Of a DNA stretch of 64,000 bases, positions 33,885-44,924 are shown piece by piece. This DNA is from Escherichia coli (GTDB taxonomy: Bacteria; Pseudomonadota; Gammaproteobacteria; Enterobacterales; Enterobacteriaceae). The stretch's first letter is position 1; every line of letters starts with the position of its first letter. The notes below the pieces were generated by a model. It was not told where the DNA came from, did not search any database, and saw only the letters and a list, made by a program, of their open reading frames with translations. Made by a program: the position numbers and the translations under genes. Location of the stretch: assembly GCF_013122565.1 (NCBI RefSeq), contig NZ_CP053258.1. One strand, given 5' to 3'.

Positions 33885-35876
33885 ATGTCCTCACGTAAAG
33901 AGCTTGCCAATGCTATTCGTGCGCTGAGCATGGACGCAGTACAGAAAGCCAAATCCGGTCACCCGGGTGCCCCTATGGGTATGGCTGACATTGCCGAAGT
34001 CCTGTGGCGTGATTTCCTGAAACACAACCCGCAGAATCCGTCCTGGGCTGACCGTGACCGCTTCGTGCTGTCCAACGGCCACGGCTCCATGCTGATCTAC
34101 AGCCTGCTGCACCTCACCGGTTACGATCTGCCGATGGAAGAACTGAAAAACTTCCGTCAGCTGCACTCTAAAACTCCGGGCCACCCGGAAGTGGGTTACA
34201 CCGCTGGTGTGGAAACCACCACCGGTCCGCTGGGTCAGGGTATTGCCAACGCAGTCGGTATGGCGATTGCAGAAAAAACGCTGGCGGCGCAGTTTAACCG
34301 TCCGGGCCACGACATTGTCGACCACTACACCTACGCCTTCATGGGCGACGGCTGCATGATGGAAGGCATCTCCCACGAAGTTTGCTCTCTGGCGGGTACG
34401 CTGAAGCTGGGTAAACTGATTGCATTCTACGATGACAACGGTATTTCTATCGATGGTCACGTTGAAGGCTGGTTCACCGACGACACCGCAATGCGTTTCG
34501 AAGCTTACGGCTGGCACGTTATTCGCGACATCGACGGTCATGACGCAGCATCCATCAAACGCGCAGTAGAAGAAGCGCGCGCAGTGACTGACAAACCGTC
34601 CCTGCTGATGTGCAAAACCATCATCGGTTTCGGTTCCCCGAACAAAGCCGGTACCCACGATTCCCACGGTGCGCCGCTGGGCGACGCTGAAATTGCCCTG
34701 ACCCGCGAACAGCTGGGCTGGAAATACGCGCCGTTCGAAATCCCGTCTGAAATCTATGCTCAGTGGGATGCGAAAGAAGCAGGCCAGGCGAAAGAATCCG
34801 CATGGAACGAGAAATTCGCTGCTTACGCGAAAGCTTATCCGCAGGAAGCCGCTGAATTTACCCGCCGTATGAAAGGCGAAATGCCGTCTGACTTCGACGC
34901 TAAAGCGAAAGAGTTCATCGCTAAACTTCAGGCTAATCCGGCGAAAATCGCCAGCCGTAAAGCGTCTCAGAATGCTATTGAAGCGTTCGGCCCGCTGTTG
35001 CCGGAATTCCTCGGCGGCTCTGCTGACCTGGCACCGTCTAACCTAACTCTGTGGTCTGGTTCTAAAGCAATCAACGAAGATGCTGCGGGTAACTACATCC
35101 ATTACGGTGTTCGCGAGTTCGGTATGACCGCGATTGCTAACGGTATCTCCCTGCACGGTGGTTTCCTGCCGTACACCTCCACCTTCCTGATGTTTGTGGA
35201 ATACGCACGTAACGCCGTACGTATGGCTGCGCTGATGAAACAGCGTCAGGTTATGGTTTACACCCATGACTCCATCGGTCTGGGCGAAGATGGCCCGACT
35301 CACCAGCCGGTAGAGCAGGTTGCTTCTCTGCGCGTGACCCCGAACATGTCTACATGGCGTCCGTGTGACCAGGTTGAATCCGCGGTTGCGTGGAAATACG
35401 GTGTTGAGCGTCAGGACGGCCCGACTGCGCTGATCCTCTCCCGTCAGAACCTGGCGCAGCAGGAGCGTACCGAAGAGCAGCTGGCAAACATCGCGCGCGG
35501 TGGTTATGTGCTGAAAGACTGTGTCGGTCAGCCGGAACTGATCTTCATCGCGACCGGTTCTGAAGTTGAACTGGCTGTCGCTGCCTACGAAAAACTGACT
35601 GCTGAAGGCGTGAAAGCGCGCGTGGTTTCCATGCCGTCTACCGACGCATTCGACAAGCAGGACGCGGCTTACCGTGAGTCTGTCCTGCCGAAAGCGGTTA
35701 CTGCACGCGTTGCGGTAGAAGCGGGTATTGCTGACTACTGGTACAAGTATGTTGGCCTGAACGGTGCTATCGTCGGCATGACCACCTTCGGTGAATCTGC
35801 TCCGGCAGAGCTGCTGTTTGAAGAGTTCGGCTTCACCGTTGACAACGTTGTTGCGAAAGCCAAAGCGCTGCTGTAA
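33885..35876 (+). CDS. tktA: Transketolase 1
   Basis: ORF 33855..35876 trimmed to the ATG at 33885 ([13 protein letters not shown]), giving 663 aa. Confidence 0.9.
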   Translation: MSSRKELANAIRALSMDAVQKAKSGHPGAPMGMADIAEVLWRDFLKHNPQNPSWADRDRFVLSNGHGSMLIYSLLHLTGYDLPMEELKNFRQLHSKTPGHPEVGYTAGVETTTGPLGQGIANAVGMAIAEKTLAAQFNRPGHDIVDHYTYAFMGDGCMMEGISHEVCSLAGTLKLGKLIAFYDDNGISIDGHVEGWFTDDTAMRFEAYGWHVIRDIDGHDAASIKRAVEEARAVTDKPSLLMCKTIIGFGSPNKAGTHDSHGAPLGDAEIALTREQLGWKYAPFEIPSEIYAQWDAKEAGQAKESAWNEKFAAYAKAYPQEAAEFTRRMKGEMPSDFDAKAKEFIAKLQANPAKIASRKASQNAIEAFGPLLPEFLGGSADLAPSNLTLWSGSKAINEDAAGNYIHYGVREFGMTAIANGISLHGGFLPYTSTFLMFVEYARNAVRMAALMKQRQVMVYTHDSIGLGEDGPTHQPVEQVASLRVTPNMSTWRPCDQVESAVAWKYGVERQDGPTALILSRQNLAQQERTEEQLANIARGGYVLKDCVGQPELIFIATGSEVELAVAAYEKLTAEGVKARVVSMPSTDAFDKQDAAYRESVLPKAVTARVAVEAGIADYWYKYVGLNGAIVGMTTFGESAPAELLFEEFGFTVDNVVAKAKALL

Positions 35877-35895
35877 TCAGTAAGACGTTTTGTGA

Positions 35896-36268
<373 letters not shown>

Positions 36269-37177
36269 TTATTTAGTTGAGATAAACGGAACGGTGCTGC
36301 CGGGGATCATGGTATCGGGCAGTTTACCGTCCCAACGTTCGGCAGTGGTGAGGGCTACAAGTCCGGGATTATCCCGCAGAGCTTCACCGCGCAGGCGGAT
36401 TGCTTCTGCTTCAGCCGCACTTTTTAAACGAATAGTTTCAGCCTCTGCCGCGCCTCTTACGCGAATAGTTTCCGCTTCTGCTTTGGCTGCCGCCAGTTTA
36501 CTGTCTGCTTCTGCCTGGGCCTGAGTTACCGCTATTTGCGCCTGGATTTTCTCTGTTTCCAGATTTTGCTTACGCGTGGCAATGGCGACTTCTGCTTTCA
36601 TTCGGTCTTCAATCGACTTTTCATAAGCGTCAGAAAAATCAATATTTTCAATCTGGACCCCGTCAATTACCACTGGCCCAACAACCGCTTTGCGCATCGC
36701 ATTTTGCAGATCCTGAACCAGTTTTGTACGATCCTGTACGGCGCTGATGGCGGTATATTGGCCGAAAACGTTCTCCAGTTGAGTTGGCAACTGACGGACA
36801 ATCAGACGATCTTTTAATGCTTCAATGGTGTTGTAGGTGGTATAAACCGCGCCTGCTTCTGAAGGTTTAATGTGGAAGCTGACTGATACTGTCATTTGTG
36901 CCGGTTGCTGGTCGCGGCTGTAGGCCTGTAATCCCTGATAGACCACAGCCTGATTACGCGTGGAAATTTTCTCCACGCTTTCCATAAACGGGATCTTAAA
37001 ACCCAGACCCGGCTCGGCAACTTTTACGATTTTTCCGTAGCGCAGCAAAATGCCGCGTTCACCTTCATTAACGGTGTAATACGAGAGAAATGGCAGCACA
37101 ACCACGGCAAGCACGCCAATGGCGATAGCAATAGATTTTTGAGGGCGAAATGAGGTTATAGAAACAGGTGCTTTCAT
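36269..37177 (-). CDS. SPFH/band-7 (prohibitin/HflC-like) membrane protein (accessory)
   Basis: 302-aa ORF with an N-terminal TM helix (IAIAIGVLAVVVLPFL), an SPFH core with the PGLGFKIPF motif, and a C-terminal Ala/Glu-rich coiled-coil repeat (AEAETIRVRGAAEAETIRLKSAAEAEAIRLRG). It is not QmcA, HflK or HflC by sequence. Confidence 0.6.
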   Translation of the reverse strand: MKAPVSITSFRPQKSIAIAIGVLAVVVLPFLSYYTVNEGERGILLRYGKIVKVAEPGLGFKIPFMESVEKISTRNQAVVYQGLQAYSRDQQPAQMTVSVSFHIKPSEAGAVYTTYNTIEALKDRLIVRQLPTQLENVFGQYTAISAVQDRTKLVQDLQNAMRKAVVGPVVIDGVQIENIDFSDAYEKSIEDRMKAEVAIATRKQNLETEKIQAQIAVTQAQAEADSKLAAAKAEAETIRVRGAAEAETIRLKSAAEAEAIRLRGEALRDNPGLVALTTAERWDGKLPDTMIPGSTVPFISTK

Positions 37178-37554
37178 GACAATCTTCCTTGAGTAAAGTG
37201 TGGGAATATGTCACATGAGATGAGGAGAAAACAGCCGACAGGTGAGAATTCAGAATCTATAAAGGGGTATAGCGAAAAAACATTGCATTAGAAAAGTATG
37301 TTTTCGAACATTCAATAAATAAATAGAGACATGCATCACAAATACAATAACAAACAAAGCGTTGATTTTGTGATAAACATAACAAATACAAAGTCGACTT
37401 TAAAAATATCAATTTCATATTGTTGTTATTTAAGCTTTTATTATTTTGGTTTGTGGGGTTTTTCTTCTCGCGTACCCAATTGCTTTCATTAAATCGCACG
37501 AGTATTTTATTTTTACCGCCGGACGGTACCCTAAAAATAAAATAAGGATAATTT

Positions 37555-37998
37555 ATGCGGCTTAGTGATTATTTTCCAGAATCATCAATCTCAGTTATAC
37601 ATTCAGCAAAAGATTGGCAGGAAGCTATCGATTTCTCGATGGTATCATTGCTGGATAAAAACTATATCAGCGAGAATTACATTCAGGCAATTAAAGATTC
37701 CACTATTAACAATGGCCCTTATTATATTCTCGCACCAGGCGTGGCAATGCCTCATGCGCGACCGGAATGTGGGGCGCTTAAAACCGGGATGTCTTTGACG
37801 TTACTTAAACAAGGCGTTTATTTCCCGGAGAATGACGAACCGATTAAATTACTCATCGGACTTTCTGCTGCCGATGCCGATTCGCACATTGGCGCTATTC
37901 AGGCGTTAAGTGAATTACTGTGCGAAGAAGAAATACTCGAACAACTCTTAACAGCATCATCAGAAAAACAATTAGCGGACATTATCAGCCGCGGATAA
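37555..37998 (+). CDS. cmtB: Cryptic mannitol-type PTS enzyme IIA
   Basis: 147-aa ORF with a PTS EIIA-2 fold motif; preceded by a roughly 380-bp AT-rich leader. Confidence 0.85.
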   Translation: MRLSDYFPESSISVIHSAKDWQEAIDFSMVSLLDKNYISENYIQAIKDSTINNGPYYILAPGVAMPHARPECGALKTGMSLTLLKQGVYFPENDEPIKLLIGLSAADADSHIGAIQALSELLCEEEILEQLLTASSEKQLADIISRG

Positions 37999-38025
37999 TT
38001 ACTCTCTCCTCTACAGGATAATATT

Positions 38026-39414
38026 ATGGAAAACAAGTCTGCTCGTGCAAAGGTCCAGGCTTTTGGGGGCTTTTTGACGGCAATGGTCATCCCCAATATC
38101 GGTGCTTTTATTGCCTGGGGCTTTATAACTGCGTTATTTATTCCCACCGGTTGGCTGCCGAATGAACATTTCGCCAAAATTGTCGGCCCGATGATTACCT
38201 ATTTATTGCCCGTGATGATTGGTTCTACCGGTGGTCACCTGGTCGGCGGTAAACGCGGGGCGGTCATGGGCGGAATAGGTACTATTGGTGTGATCGTCGG
38301 CGCTGAAATCCCGATGTTCCTTGGCTCGATGATTATGGGGCCGCTCGGTGGTCTGGTGATTAAATATATCGACAAGGCGCTGGAAAAACGCATACCTGCC
38401 GGTTTTGAGATGGTTATCAATAACTTCTCATTAGGTATCGCGGGGATGCTCCTTTGTCTGCTGGGTTTTGAAGTGATCGGCCCGGCGGTGTTAATTGCCA
38501 ATACTTTCGTCAAAGAGTGTATCGAGGCGCTGGTACATGCGGGTTATCTGCCTCTGCTGTCAGTTATCAATGAACCGGCGAAAGTGCTTTTCCTCAATAA
38601 TGCGATCGATCAGGGCGTCTATTATCCGCTGGGAATGCAACAGGCTTCTGAAACGGGTAAATCCATCTTCTTTATGGTGGCGTCCAATCCGGGGCCTGGA
38701 TTAGGGCTGCTGCTGGCGTTTACCTTGTTTGGTAAAGGGATGAGTAAACGTTCTGCGCCCGGGGCGATGATTATTCACTTCCTCGGTGGGATCCACGAAC
38801 TGTATTTCCCGTATGTGCTGATGAAGCCGCTGACCATTATTGCCATGATTGCGGGCGGTATGTCTGGCACCTGGATATTTAACTTACTGGACGGTGGTCT
38901 GGTGGCTGGCCCAAGTCCGGGGTCTATCTTTGCGTACCTGGCACTGACGCCGAAAGGCTCGTTCCTGGCGACAATTGCTGGTGTTACGGTAGGTACCCTG
39001 GTGTCCTTTGCTATCACTTCGCTGATACTGAAGATGGAAAAAACGGTGGAAACGGAGAGCGAAGATGATTTTGCTCAGTCAGCCAATGCGGTTAAGGCGA
39101 TGAAACAAGAGGGTGCATTCTCATTAAGCCGTGTTAAGCGTATCGCTTTTGTTTGCGATGCAGGGATGGGATCGAGTGCGATGGGCGCGACCACCTTCCG
39201 TAAACGCCTGGAAAAAGCGGGGCTGGCAATAGAAGTAAAACATTACGCGATAGAAAACGTGCCTGCGGATGCGGATATCGTCGTTACTCATGCCAGTCTG
39301 GAAGGGCGCGTGAAACGTGTGACGGATAAACCGCTGATATTGATTAATAACTATATTGGCGATCCAAAACTCGACACTTTATTTAATCAATTAACCGCCG
39401 AACATAAACACTGA
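38026..39414 (+). CDS. cmtA: Cryptic mannitol-type PTS enzyme IICB
   Basis: 462-aa ORF with a multi-pass EIIC domain and a C-terminal EIIB motif (CDAGMGSS). Confidence 0.85.
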   Translation: MENKSARAKVQAFGGFLTAMVIPNIGAFIAWGFITALFIPTGWLPNEHFAKIVGPMITYLLPVMIGSTGGHLVGGKRGAVMGGIGTIGVIVGAEIPMFLGSMIMGPLGGLVIKYIDKALEKRIPAGFEMVINNFSLGIAGMLLCLLGFEVIGPAVLIANTFVKECIEALVHAGYLPLLSVINEPAKVLFLNNAIDQGVYYPLGMQQASETGKSIFFMVASNPGPGLGLLLAFTLFGKGMSKRSAPGAMIIHFLGGIHELYFPYVLMKPLTIIAMIAGGMSGTWIFNLLDGGLVAGPSPGSIFAYLALTPKGSFLATIAGVTVGTLVSFAITSLILKMEKTVETESEDDFAQSANAVKAMKQEGAFSLSRVKRIAFVCDAGMGSSAMGATTFRKRLEKAGLAIEVKHYAIENVPADADIVVTHASLEGRVKRVTDKPLILINNYIGDPKLDTLFNQLTAEHKH

Positions 39415-39428
39415 TTACAGAGGTAAAA

Positions 39429-40706
39429 ATGAAAACCAAAGTTGCTGCTATTTATGGCAAGCGGGATGTCCGTCTGCGCGAATTTGAACTGCCAGAAATT
39501 ACCGATAATGAACTGCTGGTGAGTGTAATTTCTGACAGCGTCTGTTTATCGACCTGGAAAGCGGCGTTACTCGGTAGTGAACATAAACGCGTACCCGACG
39601 ATTTAGAAAATCATCCGGTCATTACCGGGCATGAATGTGCCGGGGTTATTGTCGAAGTGGGTAAAAATCTCACTGGCAAATATAAAAAAGGCCAGCGTTT
39701 TGTATTGCAACCGGCGATGGGGTTACCAAGCGGATATTCAGCGGGCTACAGCTACGAATATTTTGGCGGCAATGCCACTTATATGATTATTCCCGAAATC
39801 GCCATTAATTTGGGCTGCGTATTACCGTATCACGGCTCTTATTTTGCTGCGGCGTCGCTGGCAGAGCCTATGTGCTGCATTATTGGTGCTTATCATGCCA
39901 ATTATCACACCACGCAATATGTTTATGAGCATCGCATGGGCGTCAAACCTGGCGGCAATATTGCACTGCTGGCGTGTGCAGGTCCGATGGGCATTGGCGC
40001 TATCGATTACGCCATTAACGGCGGCATACAACCGTCGCGGGTGGTGGTGGTCGATATCGACGACAAACGCCTGGCGCAGGTACAGAAGCTGCTGCCGGTG
40101 GAACTGGCGGCCAGTAAAGGCATTGAGCTGGTGTATGTGAATACCAAAGGGATGAGCGATCCAGTCCAGATGCTGCGGGCGCTTACAGGAGATGCCGGGT
40201 TCGATGACATTTTTGTTTATGCGGCGGTGCCTGCTGTCGTTGAGATGGCTGACGAATTACTGGCGGAAGATGGCTGTCTGAACTTCTTTGCTGGTCCGAC
40301 GGATAAAAACTTCAAAGTGCCGTTTAATTTCTACAACGTCCATTACAACAGCACGCACGTCGTCGGTACATCCGGCGGTTCAACAGACGACATGAAAGAG
40401 GCGATTGCCCTTAGCGCCACAGGGCAGTTACAGCCGTCGTTTATGGTGACCCATATCGGTGGCCTGGATGCGGTGCCAGAAACCGTGCTCAATCTGCCGG
40501 ATATCCCTGGCGGAAAAAAACTCATTTATAACGGCGTGACTATGCCGCTCACTGCCATTGCCGATTTTGCCGAAAAAGGCAAAACCGATCCGCTGTTTAA
40601 AGAGTTGGCGCGGCTGGTTGAGGAAACGCACGGCATCTGGAATGAGCAGGCCGAGATATATCTGCTGGCGCAATTTGGCGTTGATATCGGGGAGGCCGCG
40701 CAATGA
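39429..40706 (+). CDS. yggP: Zinc-type alcohol/polyol dehydrogenase-like protein
   Basis: 425-aa ORF of the MDR family, directly downstream of cmtA. Confidence 0.85.
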   Translation: MKTKVAAIYGKRDVRLREFELPEITDNELLVSVISDSVCLSTWKAALLGSEHKRVPDDLENHPVITGHECAGVIVEVGKNLTGKYKKGQRFVLQPAMGLPSGYSAGYSYEYFGGNATYMIIPEIAINLGCVLPYHGSYFAAASLAEPMCCIIGAYHANYHTTQYVYEHRMGVKPGGNIALLACAGPMGIGAIDYAINGGIQPSRVVVVDIDDKRLAQVQKLLPVELAASKGIELVYVNTKGMSDPVQMLRALTGDAGFDDIFVYAAVPAVVEMADELLAEDGCLNFFAGPTDKNFKVPFNFYNVHYNSTHVVGTSGGSTDDMKEAIALSATGQLQPSFMVTHIGGLDAVPETVLNLPDIPGGKKLIYNGVTMPLTAIADFAEKGKTDPLFKELARLVEETHGIWNEQAEIYLLAQFGVDIGEAAQ

Positions 40707-41668
40707 TGTCCCTGGCGTGGCCATTATTTCGCGTTACGGAACAGGCAGCGTTGGCTGCCTGGCCGCAAACCGGATGTGGCGACAAAAATAAAATTGATGG
40801 CCTGGCGGTCACCGCGATGCGCCAGGCATTAAACGACGTTGCTTTTCGTGGGCGAGTGGTTATCGGCGAAGGAGAAATTGACCATGCGCCGATGTTGTGG
40901 ATTGGCGAAGAGGTGGGCAAAGGCGATGGGCCAGAAGTCGATATCGCGGTTGACCCGATCGAAGGCACGCGAATGGTGGCGATGGGGCAGAGCAATGCGC
41001 TGGCGGTCATGGCTTTCGCCCCTCGGGATAGCCTGTTACATGCGCCCGATATGTATATGAAAAAGCTGGTTGTTAATCGGCTGGCGGCGGGCGCGATTGA
41101 TCTGTCTTTGCCTCTGACGGACAACCTGCGCAACGTAGCGAAAGCGTTAGGCAAACCGCTGGACAAGCTGCGCATGGTTACGCTGGATAAACCGCGCCTG
41201 AGTGCCGCAATTGAGGAAGCAAAGCAACTGGGCGTGAAGGTTTTCGCTCTGCCGGATGGCGATGTCGCCGCCAGCGTGCTGACCTGCTGGCAGGATAATC
41301 CTTACGACGTGATGTACACCATCGGCGGTGCGCCAGAAGGCGTGATTTCTGCCTGTGCCGTTAAAGCATTAGGCGGGGATATGCAGGCCGAGCTGATTGA
41401 CTTTTGTCAGGCTAAAGGGGATTACACGGAAAATCGGCAGATTGCAGAGCAGGAGCGCAAGCGTTGCAAGGCAATGGGCGTTGACGTTAACCGTGTGTAC
41501 TCGCTCGATGAACTGGTGAGGGGGAACGATATCCTCTTTAGCGCTACGGGCGTGACGGGCGGTGAGCTGGTGAACGGTATCCAACAGACGGCGAATGGGG
41601 TGCGGACGCAGACATTACTGATCGGCGGCGCGGACCAAACGTGTAATATAATAGACTCCCTGCATTGA
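40703..41668 (+). CDS. yggF: Class II (GlpX-type) fructose-1,6-bisphosphatase homologue
   Basis: 321-aa ORF whose start overlaps the yggP stop. Confidence 0.85.
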   Translation: MMSLAWPLFRVTEQAALAAWPQTGCGDKNKIDGLAVTAMRQALNDVAFRGRVVIGEGEIDHAPMLWIGEEVGKGDGPEVDIAVDPIEGTRMVAMGQSNALAVMAFAPRDSLLHAPDMYMKKLVVNRLAAGAIDLSLPLTDNLRNVAKALGKPLDKLRMVTLDKPRLSAAIEEAKQLGVKVFALPDGDVAASVLTCWQDNPYDVMYTIGGAPEGVISACAVKALGGDMQAELIDFCQAKGDYTENRQIAEQERKRCKAMGVDVNRVYSLDELVRGNDILFSATGVTGGELVNGIQQTANGVRTQTLLIGGADQTCNIIDSLH

Positions 41669-41689
41669 TGGTGATCTATCGGAAGACCA

Positions 41690-42199
41690 ATGGCGACGCT
41701 GACAGAAGATGATGTGCTTGAGCAACTGGATGCACAGGACAATTTATTTTCATTTATGAATACTGCGCATTCTATTTTGCTCCAGGGGATACGCCAGTTT
41801 CTGCCGTCGCTGTTTGTCGATAACGATGAAGAGATCGTCGAATATGCAGTGAAGCCGTTACTCGCCCAAAGCGGCCCGCTTGACGATATTGATGTTGCAC
41901 TGCGTTTGATTTATGCGCTGGGGAAAATGGATAAATGGCTGTACGCCGATATCACGCATTTTTCCCAGTTCTGGCATTACCTGAACGAACAGGATGAAAC
42001 GCCCGGATTTGCCGATGTCATGACCTGGGATTTTATCAGCAACGTCAATAGCATAACCTGCAATGCGACGCTCTATGACGCGTTGAAAGCGATGAAGTTC
42101 GCCGATTTCGCCGTCTGGTCAGAGGCGCGTTTTAGCGGAATGGTCAAAACGGCGCTGACGCTGGCAGTAACGACCACCTTAAAGGAATTAACGCCGTGA
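41690..42199 (+). CDS. yggD: MtlR-like protein YggD (FumE)
   Basis: 169-aa ORF in the conserved position. Confidence 0.8.
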   Translation: MATLTEDDVLEQLDAQDNLFSFMNTAHSILLQGIRQFLPSLFVDNDEEIVEYAVKPLLAQSGPLDDIDVALRLIYALGKMDKWLYADITHFSQFWHYLNEQDETPGFADVMTWDFISNVNSITCNATLYDALKAMKFADFAVWSEARFSGMVKTALTLAVTTTLKELTP

Positions 42200-42909
42200 A
42201 AATTGAATTAACGGTGAATGGGCTGAAGATACAGGCACAGTACCAGAACGAAGAGATTGAAAATGTACATAAACCGTTGCTGCGTATGCTGGCGGCCTTA
42301 CAGACGGTAAATCCGCAGCGGCGTACGGTGGTTTTTCTTTGCGCTCCGCCGGGGACGGGTAAATCTACCCTAACTACCTTCTGGGAATATCTCGCGCAAC
42401 AAGACCCGGAACTGCCCGCTATTCAGACGCTGCCGATGGATGGTTTTCACCATTACAATAGCTGGCTGGATGCGCATCAATTGCGCCCCTTCAAAGGCGC
42501 ACCAGAGACATTTGACGTTGCGAAACTGGCGGAAAATCTGCGCCAGGTCGTGGAAGGGGATTGTACGTGGCCGCAGTACGATCGACAAAAGCATGATCCT
42601 GTTGAAGATGCGTTGCACGTTACCGCACCACTCGTCATCGTCGAAGGAAACTGGTTGTTGCTGGACGACGAGAAGTGGTGCCAGCTAGCGCAGTTTTGTG
42701 ATTTCTCGATCTTTATCAATGCGCCAGCTACTGCGTTGCGGGAACGACTGGTGGGGCGCAAGCTGGCGGGAGGGTTATCGCTGGCAGACGCAGAAGCTTT
42801 TTATGACCGTACCGACGGGCCGAATGTTCGCCGGGTGCTGGAAGAGAGTCTGCCTGCAAATTTGACCTTAATGATGACCGCTACGGGTGAATATCGTCTG
42901 GTGGATTAA
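42196..42909 (+). CDS. yggC: P-loop nucleoside/pantothenate-kinase-like protein
   Basis: 237-aa ORF with Walker A PPGTGKST. Confidence 0.8.
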   Translation: MKIELTVNGLKIQAQYQNEEIENVHKPLLRMLAALQTVNPQRRTVVFLCAPPGTGKSTLTTFWEYLAQQDPELPAIQTLPMDGFHHYNSWLDAHQLRPFKGAPETFDVAKLAENLRQVVEGDCTWPQYDRQKHDPVEDALHVTAPLVIVEGNWLLLDDEKWCQLAQFCDFSIFINAPATALRERLVGRKLAGGLSLADAEAFYDRTDGPNVRRVLEESLPANLTLMMTATGEYRLVD

Positions 42910-43558
42910 CGTTCCTGATTAGACCATCTTCCAGTCGCACCACACGAGAGAAATGACGCCGGGTAAATGCGGCGTCATGACTGATTGCTACGACGCTCGT
43001 GCCTCGCTGGCGGCACTTCTCCAGCCAGCTTTCAAACACGCTCAACCAATTTTCGTCAAAATCCCGACTCGGCTCGTCCAGCAGCAATAGTGGCGGAGAG
43101 AGTGCTTCCAGGCAGGCGACGGCGACCATCCGTCGCTGCGCACTATGCAGATCCAACGGGTGCGCGCTGGCAGTGTCTGCTAACTGACAGCATTGCAGGG
43201 CAGCATGGGTACGTTGAGTGATTTCATCCGCCGGGCATTTTTGCAGTTTCAAACCAAATGCGATCTCGTCAGCGACGGTGCTGTGAAAAAGTTGGTTTTC
43301 CGCTTCCTGAAACAGTACGCCAACCTTTGCCGCGCGCTGGCGGTTTTTCAGGTTTTTCACCGCCTGTTGTTGCAGCATAACCGTACCGGCTGTGGGCGTA
43401 AGAAGACCTGCCATTACTCGTAACAGCGTCGATTTCCCTGCGCCATTGTCGCCGGTCAGCGCCAACCATTCACCTTGTTTGAGTTGCAGAGAAATGTCGC
43501 AAAGACAATCCGTTGCCGCGTCAGGCCAGCGATAAGTTATCTGATTTAACGTTAACAT
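42881..43558 (-). CDS. ABC-type ATPase, second ATPase of an ECF-type transporter module (accessory)
   Basis: ORF 42881..43591, probable start MLTLNQITYRW. Walker A GDNGAGKST, degenerate signature HSAQRR, Walker B LLLLDEPS. Its 3' end overlaps the yggC 3' end by 29 bp (convergent). Confidence 0.6.
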   Translation of the reverse strand: MLTLNQITYRWPDAATDCLCDISLQLKQGEWLALTGDNGAGKSTLLRVMAGLLTPTAGTVMLQQQAVKNLKNRQRAAKVGVLFQEAENQLFHSTVADEIAFGLKLQKCPADEITQRTHAALQCCQLADTASAHPLDLHSAQRRMVAVACLEALSPPLLLLDEPSRDFDENWLSVFESWLEKCRQRGTSVVAISHDAAFTRRHFSRVVRLEDGLIRNVNPPDDIHP

Positions 43559-44229
43559 AGTGGCTGGAGCGCTCCGTTTTGCAATTGCCACGCTTGCTGG
43601 CAGTAGTTCAGGAAAGGTGTGCGATGACGTTCAAAAAGAATAATCAGCGAACCACGTTCAAGCGCCCAGTGTTGTAAGCGCTGCAACAGCATTTCGCTGG
43701 CCTGCGGCGTCAGGCGGCTAAAGGCTTCATCAAGAATTAATAGCTTTGGCTGCATCGCGATAGCGCAGGCGATGACCACGCGCTGTGTCTCTCCACCGGA
43801 GAGTGTTGCCGGGTGACGATGGCGCAACGGCTGGCACTCGGTCAGAGTCAGGGCGGCATCAATCCGCGCCATAATCTCTGCTTCAGCAAGACACAGATTT
43901 TCTGGCCCAAAGGCAACTTCTTCTTCCACGCTAAAGGTACAGCCGGATAGCTGCAAATAGGGCGATTGCTGGACGAGCTGGATGGTGGCGGATTGTTCAT
44001 TAAGCGGGAGATGCCCAATGGGCGTACCGAGGAGCGTCCCCGTGCCTGTTATATCTCCTGGCAGAAAGTCCGGATACCAGCCCGCCATCAGTTGCGCCAG
44101 CGTACTTTTGCCACTGCCGTTGTCACCAAAGATGGCGACCATCCCCGGTTTGACATAGTGAAAGTCATAACAGAACGGAGGATTTGTTGAGTGTGTCGGG
44201 CAATAGCGAAACTGTTCTAACGTAACCAT
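43552..44229 (-). CDS. ABC-type ATPase, first ATPase of an ECF-type transporter module (accessory)
   Basis: 225-aa ORF with Walker A GDNGSGKST, signature LSGGETQR and Walker B LLILDEAF. Confidence 0.65.
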   Translation of the reverse strand: MVTLEQFRYCPTHSTNPPFCYDFHYVKPGMVAIFGDNGSGKSTLAQLMAGWYPDFLPGDITGTGTLLGTPIGHLPLNEQSATIQLVQQSPYLQLSGCTFSVEEEVAFGPENLCLAEAEIMARIDAALTLTECQPLRHRHPATLSGGETQRVVIACAIAMQPKLLILDEAFSRLTPQASEMLLQRLQHWALERGSLIILFERHRTPFLNYCQQAWQLQNGALQPLC

Positions 44230-44924
44230 ATCCAGGCTCCGAATTCAGCCAGCATCAGCAAGATCATGGTATAACGCGCTACGCGTTGTAGGGTGCTATC
44301 GGCTGGTGCCCACAACGTTGTTCGTCGGTTGTGGATCCGAAATGCCCGCATATCCAGCGCCGCACCGCGGACAGCCAGATCGTTAAGCGCATTGTGTGTT
44401 AGCGGAATAATTAATGCGGGCATCGCGCGTAAACGCTGATACCAGCCTTCATCAAGCGGCACGCCGCGGGCGCGCTGCGCTTCATGGATAATCGCTAATT
44501 GCCGTTTTAATTGCTCAACGACCAATAACGGCCCGGCAAACAGATAAGCGACGCCTGGCGGTAGACGAGAAGCAAACAAAGCGCGGATAAAACATTGCAC
44601 GGGGACGTACTGCATCCACAACTGTGAGGTTGAAACGATAGCCATAATGCGCAACCAGAGTGTAATGGCATACGTCCACCGTTCAGGCGAGCGTGGCGTG
44701 CCGCTAAGCCATTCTGTCAGCCAGCCACCGTGCACCAGCCACAGCCCGGCTCCCAGCGAGAACATCAGCCAGGCGACATATTTTGCCCGCCGCCGCGTGG
44801 CCTTAAGCGCGATAAGGCAGAAAAAGGTCGCCGCGCTATAGACCGGCAAAAGGGTCTGCGCGGGCAGAATAAGCGTGGTGCAGGCCGCCAGCGCCCACAG
44901 CGTTAAGGATGTAAACGGATGCAT
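44217..44924 (-). CDS. ECF transporter transmembrane (T) component, EcfT/CbiQ-like (accessory)
   Basis: 235-aa multi-pass membrane ORF of CbiQ/EcfT character; overlaps the downstream ATPase gene by 13 nt, and its start codon directly abuts the stop of the upstream S-like gene. Confidence 0.55.
   Translation of the reverse strand: MHPFTSLTLWALAACTTLILPAQTLLPVYSAATFFCLIALKATRRRAKYVAWLMFSLGAGLWLVHGGWLTEWLSGTPRSPERWTYAITLWLRIMAIVSTSQLWMQYVPVQCFIRALFASRLPPGVAYLFAGPLLVVEQLKRQLAIIHEAQRARGVPLDEGWYQRLRAMPALIIPLTHNALNDLAVRGAALDMRAFRIHNRRTTLWAPADSTLQRVARYTMILLMLAEFGAWIWLR

Noticed and set aside
33891-34667. 258-aa minus-strand ORF antisense to tktA
   Set aside because: Shadow ORF within the transketolase gene.
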